Positions 57,955 to 64,000 of a DNA stretch of 64,000 nt are shown here, piece by piece. Both the position numbers and the translations under genes were made by a program. Source of the stretch: Candidatus Latescibacterota bacterium (GTDB taxonomy: Bacteria; Latescibacterota; UBA2968); assembly GCA_965204375.1 (NCBI GenBank), contig OZ241986.1, positions 1,376,001 to 1,440,000 of the forward strand, written 5' to 3'. Numbering within the stretch: the stretch's first letter is position 1; every line of letters begins with the position of its first letter. The notes under the pieces are model-generated. The model had not been told where the DNA came from, did not search any database, and worked only from the letters and a program-made list of their open reading frames with translations.

Positions 57955-59019
57955 ATGTCGTCGTTAAAAGAACAATACGTAGAAGAGGGATACCTTGTTG
58001 TCAAAGATGTGCTCAATCCAGAGCAGGACATTTATCCCTTGCAAAAAGCCTATTCTACGCTCTTGGATGCGCTGGCGCGGATTTATCTGGTTGAGACTAA
58101 TTCTGAAGCACTGGATAGATTTGATGAGATGTCTTTGCCCGAGCGGTTTGCAATGTCGCTCGGTGCCAGTCGGGGAACGGTTTTGCACCATCTCGATCCC
58201 GTGCTGAATATCTTTGTTCCGACTTTTCAGTGGCGCAAAGACCTGCCCGATGCGCGGATTCCCGAAATGTTTGATCTTATGCGCCATCCAAAAGTCTTAG
58301 ATGTTTTGGAAGTTCTTATCGGGCCGGAGATAGCTGCGTCGCCGATTTACCATTTTAATCTCAAACTCGCTCCCGATCATCTCAAGCTGGCAGACCAGGT
58401 GGCCGAGTCTGTGGGGGCAGATCTTTCAAAGGAAGGATTTTATACATTTCAGGTGGGCAAAACAGGATGGCACATGGATGCAGGTTCGGGCCTGAGAGAT
58501 TCTCATGAGAGCGAGATTGTCAATGCGTGGATTCCAATGACCCATGCGACCGAAGAAAATGGCTGTTTGGTGGTCATTCCCGGCAGTCACAAAGAAGGCG
58601 TTAAATACCATCCCTATCCGGAAAACCTCGATGGGCAGGGAATTACTCTGCCTGTTGATCCTGGAGATATTGTTTTTTTAGATAATAAAGTGATGCACAG
58701 CTCTACGCCCAACACGAGTCGTGAAGATTATCGCTGGGCTTATAATTTCCGTTATCTTCCTATTGGACAGCCCCCTGGTCGTCCCTTTATACCGGGTTTT
58801 GTTGCGCGCAGCCGCTCGGCTCCAGAAACAGAACTACACAATGCCTACGTATGGAGCGCAATGTGGGTTCGCTGTCTGGATTATCTCACGGAGAAGGGCG
58901 TGCCCGCATCTTATGAAGACAGGAGCAAAATGGGCCTTGAAGAAGCGCAGGCGATTACCAGCCACTGGCGCGAACTCGCCCCCGATGTGGATGGCTGGTT
59001 GGGCCTGGGAAAGGATTGA
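57955..59019 (+). CDS. PhyH family dioxygenase
   Basis: GWHMD, ENGCLVVIPGSH, MHSSTPN, RWAYNFRY. Confidence 0.9.
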   Translation: MSSLKEQYVEEGYLVVKDVLNPEQDIYPLQKAYSTLLDALARIYLVETNSEALDRFDEMSLPERFAMSLGASRGTVLHHLDPVLNIFVPTFQWRKDLPDARIPEMFDLMRHPKVLDVLEVLIGPEIAASPIYHFNLKLAPDHLKLADQVAESVGADLSKEGFYTFQVGKTGWHMDAGSGLRDSHESEIVNAWIPMTHATEENGCLVVIPGSHKEGVKYHPYPENLDGQGITLPVDPGDIVFLDNKVMHSSTPNTSREDYRWAYNFRYLPIGQPPGRPFIPGFVARSRSAPETELHNAYVWSAMWVRCLDYLTEKGVPASYEDRSKMGLEEAQAITSHWRELAPDVDGWLGLGKD

Positions 59020-59020
59020 T

Positions 59021-59980
59021 ATGGAGAAGGTAAAAATAGGTATTATCGGTCTCGGTCCTTTTTGTTCGGGCTATCATGTCCCGAATTTGCTCAAGAGGTC
59101 GGATGTGGAGGTTACGGCGATTTGCGATGTTTCCGAAGAAAGTCTGGATAATCGCAATGAGGGGCTGCGTGAGAGTCAGACATTTACCGATTATCGCGAT
59201 ATGCTCGATCCGGATTTGGTCGATGGCGTTTTTGTGAGCACGCCCAATCAGATACATTTTGAGCCTTGTAAGTTGGCGCTTGAGCGGGGGATTCCGGCGA
59301 TTGTCGATAAACCGATTACGGTGGCTGTGGAGGATGCCGAGGAACTCGTCGCGTTGAGCAAGTCGCAAAATTGTATTTTGATGACGGCGTTTACACGTCA
59401 TTTTATGTCCAGCACGGAGTACGTGCGCAGGCAAATCGCGTCGGGGGCTATCACCCCGCAAATGCTCACGGCTGTCCAGCGGAAGAGTCCCGTCAAGCGC
59501 GGTATAGAAGACGGGGGCATGTTGCACCGGCGCACGATTCACATTACAGATGTTTTGCCGTGGATCACGGGCAAGCGCGTGGTCAGGGTGGAGGGCAAAA
59601 TTCAATACGAGACCGGGCACATAGAGGAAACGCTGGTGGATATGCGTCTCGAATTTGAAGGGGGATTGCGTGCCAGTTTGCTCTGTATAAAGAGTTGCGA
59701 CGAGAATCAGGATGAGGTCAACATATATACTGACAAACAGAGTTATCGCCTGGAACGCGAACGCCTCTATACGATTACGCGCAGAGATGGATGGGCGCGC
59801 GTGGATAACCTGCCCGAATATGGCAATTCGAGCGATCACTTTGTCGAGGCGATTAAAGGCAATCAGCCCGCCCCCAATGCCCCTTACGCCGATCCGCACA
59901 GCGAAGACGGCCTCCAGGCACTGCGCGTTGTCTTTGCTATGCACAAAGCCGCACAAACAGGGCGTGTGGTGGACGTTTAA
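59021..59980 (+). CDS. Gfo/Idh/MocA oxidoreductase
   Basis: IGIIGLG, VSTPNQIH, VDKP; ATG 59021 behind AAGGA. Confidence 0.88.
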   Translation: MEKVKIGIIGLGPFCSGYHVPNLLKRSDVEVTAICDVSEESLDNRNEGLRESQTFTDYRDMLDPDLVDGVFVSTPNQIHFEPCKLALERGIPAIVDKPITVAVEDAEELVALSKSQNCILMTAFTRHFMSSTEYVRRQIASGAITPQMLTAVQRKSPVKRGIEDGGMLHRRTIHITDVLPWITGKRVVRVEGKIQYETGHIEETLVDMRLEFEGGLRASLLCIKSCDENQDEVNIYTDKQSYRLERERLYTITRRDGWARVDNLPEYGNSSDHFVEAIKGNQPAPNAPYADPHSEDGLQALRVVFAMHKAAQTGRVVDV

Positions 59981-60009
59981 ATCGATTACATCTACAATAG
60001 GAAACAAAA

Positions 60010-61506
60010 ATGCCTTCTCAACCAAATATCGTTTTTATTCACGCCGAGAGCATGGATGGGCGCAAGATGGGCTGTATGGGCCATCCCGCCATGCAAAACG
60101 CTACGCCCAATATGGATCGTCTCGCCAGTGATGGGGTGCTGTTTACCAATGCGTACACCAATTGTCCGGTGTGCAACCCGTCGCGGGCGAGTATGTGGAG
60201 TGGAAAATATCCCAATTATTACGATTGCTGGAATAATCATGAAGGACTGCACGAGAATGTGCCCACGTATCAAAACACATTTGAGAGCGCGGGCTATCAG
60301 ACCTCTGCCATCGGTCCTATAGACTACGCCTACGGCAAACACTCCATCCGAGATCGCATCGGCTCCTGGACGCGCGCGGCCAATATTCGCCGTCCTATAT
60401 GTCGCACGACCTTGCCGCAAGTTGTAGATGATGGCAAGGCGAATGGGCGCGATTGGGATAGGACGTATCAGGCTGTTGATCAGTTACAGCAATACGCGAG
60501 GAGTGACCGGCCGTTTTGGCTTTATCTCACTACGGGATTGGTGCACCCTGCGTTCACTGCCGAGAAACGCCACATGCCGCTGATCAATGCGGACAAAGTC
60601 GATATTCCACCGACTCTGATGCCGCTTGAAGCCACGCACAATCAGGCGATTGCGTATCAGCGCGTGACCAAAAATTGCGATAAACAGTTCTCCGAGAACA
60701 TCGTTCGAGAGATTCGGCACACTTACTTTGCGATGATCGCAGCACTCGATGAGATGGTCGGTCGGGTGCTTCAGACCGTCGATGATCTGGGGTTGCGCGA
60801 TAATACGTATGTCATTTTTTCAAGCGATCACGGCGAAATGGCTGGCGATCAAAACCAGATTCTCAAGCGTTCTATGTACGAGGCGTCATCCCACGTTCCT
60901 CTCATTATTCGTGGTCCCGATGTGCAAAAAGGCGTTGTCGTCGATACGCCCGTTTCTCTCGTGGATCTATATCCCACATTTATGGATATGGCCCGTATTT
61001 GCTATGATGATTATGCGGATAATGCAGCGTATCCCGATGCGTTGGACGGCGAATCTCTATTTCCTCAACTCGTTGAGGGGGCAGAGCGCGAACGCGATTG
61101 GGCGATGTGCGAATACCACGGCGATCGCTGTGCTACTGGCACGTTTATGTTGCGCCAGGGCGACTGGAAATACGTCAAGCACACGGGTTTTGAGTCCGAG
61201 CTCTTCAATCTCAAAGATGACCCCGACGAAACGACTGATCTGGTCCATGACAAACCGGAGACCGCCCGCGAATTGGATGGCGTGTTGACCAGCAACTTCG
61301 ACTGCGAAAGCATTGATGCACGGGCCAAAGAATACGACCGCAAAAGCTTTGTCGCATGGCGCGAGCAGGCGCGAAAGGATGGTATCTATGAGGATACAAT
61401 GGCACTTGTCTATAGCGGTCATGATCGCATTTGTATTGAAGACATTGCGCCCTGGACAGACGCGGATGAACAGCGAATTGAAGCATGGCTGGAGGGTAGT
61501 AGTTAA
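60010..61506 (+). CDS. Sulfatase, arylsulfatase K (ARSK)-like
   Basis: PNIVFIHAESMDGR, CNPSRASMWSG, CWNNHEGL, SDHGE, MYEASSHVPL, EYHG. Confidence 0.88.
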   Translation: MPSQPNIVFIHAESMDGRKMGCMGHPAMQNATPNMDRLASDGVLFTNAYTNCPVCNPSRASMWSGKYPNYYDCWNNHEGLHENVPTYQNTFESAGYQTSAIGPIDYAYGKHSIRDRIGSWTRAANIRRPICRTTLPQVVDDGKANGRDWDRTYQAVDQLQQYARSDRPFWLYLTTGLVHPAFTAEKRHMPLINADKVDIPPTLMPLEATHNQAIAYQRVTKNCDKQFSENIVREIRHTYFAMIAALDEMVGRVLQTVDDLGLRDNTYVIFSSDHGEMAGDQNQILKRSMYEASSHVPLIIRGPDVQKGVVVDTPVSLVDLYPTFMDMARICYDDYADNAAYPDALDGESLFPQLVEGAERERDWAMCEYHGDRCATGTFMLRQGDWKYVKHTGFESELFNLKDDPDETTDLVHDKPETARELDGVLTSNFDCESIDARAKEYDRKSFVAWREQARKDGIYEDTMALVYSGHDRICIEDIAPWTDADEQRIEAWLEGSS

Positions 61507-61530
61507 TTTTTTTCAATTTACTTAATAAAC

Positions 61531-61890
61531 ATGCCTACTGCACTTCTCATTGTCGATCACGGTTCCAGGCGCGAAGAAGCCAATCAGATGCTTCAGGGCG
61601 TTGCCGATATTTTGCGTCAAGAACGCCCCGAGATCATTGTCCAGGTCGCGCATATGGAACTGGCCGAACCCACTATTAGACAGGGTATTGATGCGTGTGT
61701 GCGCGAGGGAGCGAGTGAGATCGTTGTTCATCCCTACATGTTGTCTCCCGGACGCCATGCCACGGAGGATATTCCGCGTATGGCAACAGAAGCGGGGGCG
61801 GCATATCCAGATGTACATATCCGCGTTACCGAACCTCTTGGCCTACACGAAAAACTCTGCGAGGTTATTCTCCAACGCGCCGGGTTGTGA
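61531..61890 (+). CDS. Small CbiX/SirB-type chelatase-domain protein (CbiXS-like)
   Basis: VDHGSR, MELAEP, PYMLSPGRH; 119 aa single domain. Confidence 0.88.
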   Translation: MPTALLIVDHGSRREEANQMLQGVADILRQERPEIIVQVAHMELAEPTIRQGIDACVREGASEIVVHPYMLSPGRHATEDIPRMATEAGAAYPDVHIRVTEPLGLHEKLCEVILQRAGL

Positions 61891-61905
61891 GGGGAAGACG
61901 ATTCT

Positions 61906-63105
61906 ATGTCCACAGAAACCGCGCCATCTTTTCGTTCTGACTCAAGAGGGGCGCTTCGCCCTGTTTTTTATATTACTGCTGCACACATGGCGTTGGATTT
62001 TTACATGGTTCTCACGCCGCCATTGTGGGCTTTTTTTCAGAGTCATTTCAATCTCACGGTGGCGCAGTTTGCCTATTTGCCCACGGTGATTGTCTTTTGC
62101 GGTTCTATCACGCAGCCCTTTATGGGTTATTTTAGCGATGGACGCGATCGCATGGCTCTCGTTGCACTGGGGCTTTTTATTACGGGAATTTTTGTCTCTT
62201 GTATCGGCTTTGCGCCCTCCGCTTATATACTCGCTGTTTTTTTAATTTTCGCATCTTTTGGGTCCTCTCTTTTTCATCCCACCGCCGGAGGATTGGTTAC
62301 GGCTTTAACGCCGCGCCGGGCCAATCTATCTATGGCTATTTTTTTGACGGGGGGAACACTGGGGATGGCGCTCGCTTCGATTACCGGGACGCAAATTGTC
62401 GAGCGATACGGCATCCAATATCTGTGGCTTATTGTTATCCCCGTCTTGATTCTCGCGCCATTTATCCTGTGGCAGTCTCGAAAAGTCCCCGTGCATGAAC
62501 GCCGCGTAATCGCGGGCAAAATCGATTTCTCTGTTTTGAAAAAAACGCGTTCTTTATGGACGCTTTTTGCCATCAGTGTTTTGCGCTCTATTATTCACAC
62601 GGGTTTTGTCAGTTTTACAGCTATTCTGGGGGCGTCTCGCGGCTGGACTACGAGTGATATCGGCTGGGTTTTTTCCTGTTATTTGCTTTCCAGCACACTG
62701 GGGCGCATCACGGGCGGCTATCTGGCAGATCGCATGTCTCAGCGCAAACTCCTATCTTTTTCGTGTGCTTCATCCGCAATTTTTCACGCGGGGTTTTGTC
62801 TGACAGATGGGTACCTGGCACTCATTTCGTTTTTTGTGGCTGGGTATTTGTTCGACCTTGGTATTACGACGAATATCGCTCTGGCGCAACGCGCCTTGCC
62901 GCACAATACGAGTACGGCGACTGGATTGGTGATGGGTTTTTCCTGGGGCATGGCGGGCCTTGCGATGATCGGCGTGGGCAGTCTTGCGGAGTGGACCTCT
63001 ACTGCTACTGCGCTTACGGTTGTCTCCATGGTGCTTATCCCGGCTGCTCTTCTGGTTGCGTTGCTACCTTCTGAGTATGGTGAGGTGAGAAGTAAGAAAA
63101 AATAA
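61906..63105 (+). CDS. MFS transporter (Fsr-like)
   Basis: About 12 hydrophobic segments, QPFMGYFSD, SLFHP, GGYLADRM. Confidence 0.9.
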   Translation: MSTETAPSFRSDSRGALRPVFYITAAHMALDFYMVLTPPLWAFFQSHFNLTVAQFAYLPTVIVFCGSITQPFMGYFSDGRDRMALVALGLFITGIFVSCIGFAPSAYILAVFLIFASFGSSLFHPTAGGLVTALTPRRANLSMAIFLTGGTLGMALASITGTQIVERYGIQYLWLIVIPVLILAPFILWQSRKVPVHERRVIAGKIDFSVLKKTRSLWTLFAISVLRSIIHTGFVSFTAILGASRGWTTSDIGWVFSCYLLSSTLGRITGGYLADRMSQRKLLSFSCASSAIFHAGFCLTDGYLALISFFVAGYLFDLGITTNIALAQRALPHNTSTATGLVMGFSWGMAGLAMIGVGSLAEWTSTATALTVVSMVLIPAALLVALLPSEYGEVRSKKK

Positions 63106-63126
63106 AAGGCGAGAGCGGGATGGCTC

Positions 63127-63214
63127 ACACAAAGATACAGAGACACAAAGAAAGGGGAGAGGTTGGGGGTTGGGGACTGGTGCGTTGGGTGGTCGTTTCA
63201 CGTCTTACGTCTTA
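63127..63214. repeat. Short-period repeats: three 8-mers (ACACAAAG/ATACAGAG/ACACAAAG) and three heptamers (CGTTTCA/CGTCTTA/CGTCTTA)
   Basis: 63127-63150 and 63194-63214, read directly. Confidence 0.7.
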
Positions 63215-64000
63215 CTTTTTACCGGTGTTTATCTGTGGTTGCTTTTTGCAAACAATTCACGCGCAGCCCGCGTATTCTCCCGGGCAGATTCTCGTCAAGT
63301 TTCGCAATGCAAAGCCAGCACTTGCACAATTCCGCGATCTATCTGAACGCCATGGTGTGACGGCGATTGAACCGCTTTTTACGCCGCGGAGTGCCAAGGC
63401 AGTTTATCCCCATCCATTGACGCATGTGTACCGCGTGAGTCTGTCAGGCGATCCAGGCGAAGCCGCAGCCGATTACGCATTGCGTCCCGATGTTGTGTAC
63501 GCACAGCCCAATTATTTGTTTACGCACCACCAGGTGCCCAATGACCCGCGCTACAGCGATCAGCGTAGCCTTCAGACTCTCGGTTGGGAGCTACTGCAAC
63601 AAAATCTCGGTCCTATTCGAGAACAGATCATTGTCGCGATCATTGATTCAGGCGTCGATTATAACCACGAAGACTTGCGCGATAATATATGGCATAATGC
63701 AGCAGAAGTGAACGGTGAGGCTGGCGTTGATGACGATGGGAATGGGTATATCGACGATATAAGAGGTTGGGATTTTACCCATGCACCCGGTCTGCCGGGG
63801 ATGGGGGATTATCTCAATCGCGATAACGATCCACAAGATGAATCGGCGCACGGTACGCGCGTTGCCGGCATTGTAGCAGCTACGGTGAATAACAATCGAG
63901 GTATTGCAGGTATTGCACCCAATGCACAGCTTATGGCCCTGCGGGCAGGTTTGAGACGGATTGGAGGCATTGGTTTTCTCGAAGAAGATGATATCGCGGC
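63180..64000 (+). CDS. S8 subtilisin-like serine peptidase, runs off the window
   Basis: Not in the ORF track. Manual translation gives a signal peptide, GQILVKF, YAQPNY, PNDP, VAIIDSGVDYNHEDL, DDDGNGYIDDIRGWDF, HGTRVAGIVAA. Start codon approximate. Confidence 0.88.
   Translation, partial: MRWVVVSRLTSYFLPVFICGCFLQTIHAQPAYSPGQILVKFRNAKPALAQFRDLSERHGVTAIEPLFTPRSAKAVYPHPLTHVYRVSLSGDPGEAAADYALRPDVVYAQPNYLFTHHQVPNDPRYSDQRSLQTLGWELLQQNLGPIREQIIVAIIDSGVDYNHEDLRDNIWHNAAEVNGEAGVDDDGNGYIDDIRGWDFTHAPGLPGMGDYLNRDNDPQDESAHGTRVAGIVAATVNNNRGIAGIAPNAQLMALRAGLRRIGGIGFLEEDDIA

Noticed and set aside
58721-59020. Extended N-termini given by the ORF track (also 26962, 27794, 30827, 41276, 51270, 51339, 54553, 56903)
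   Set aside because: They overlap upstream genes or promoters; downstream starts with RBS match the family N-termini.
1-64000. CRISPR array or cas genes
   Set aside because: No 23-47-bp repeats with unique spacers seen; the only Cas12 relatives are IS-borne TnpBs.

Overview
Bacterial chromosomal segment. The gene style (many Cys-type sulfatases, PhyH dioxygenases, Gfo/Idh/MocA oxidoreductases, a paired EF-hand/dockerin-like module) resembles marine or sponge-associated Latescibacterota/Poribacteria-type heterotrophs; this is inference only. Positions 1-35 kb and 45-64 kb are accessory catabolic regions: 10 intact sulfatases plus one fragment, 4 PhyH dioxygenases, GH2, GH32-like, GH116 and a broken GH51, enolase-superfamily enzymes, and hydrolases. 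Positions 35-45 kb are a housekeeping block: radC, DUF62, HAD, HAD-YvcK fusion, comF, pfk-gap-pgk-tpi-secG and tRNA-Leu(GAG). Mobile DNA comprises a complete IS1380 element (15299-17009, CTAA duplication) and two head-to-head tnpB-only IS200/IS605 elements at 23.7-27.1 kb. The most unusual items are: (i) a membrane-anchored multicopper oxidase with an RGG-repeat insert, encoded by a G-quadruplex-type sequence, plus a C-terminal CxxC redoxin domain; (ii) the tnpB locus, with an intact TnpB behind a switch-like leader, an in-frame excision junction in a core-less GH51, and a TnpB-GMC chimera; (iii) a HAD-YvcK/GlmR fusion coupled to a paralogous HAD; (iv) a sulfatase resembling animal ARSK. No CRISPR array, rRNA or prophage was seen. 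All family calls come from motif recognition by eye, not database searches.
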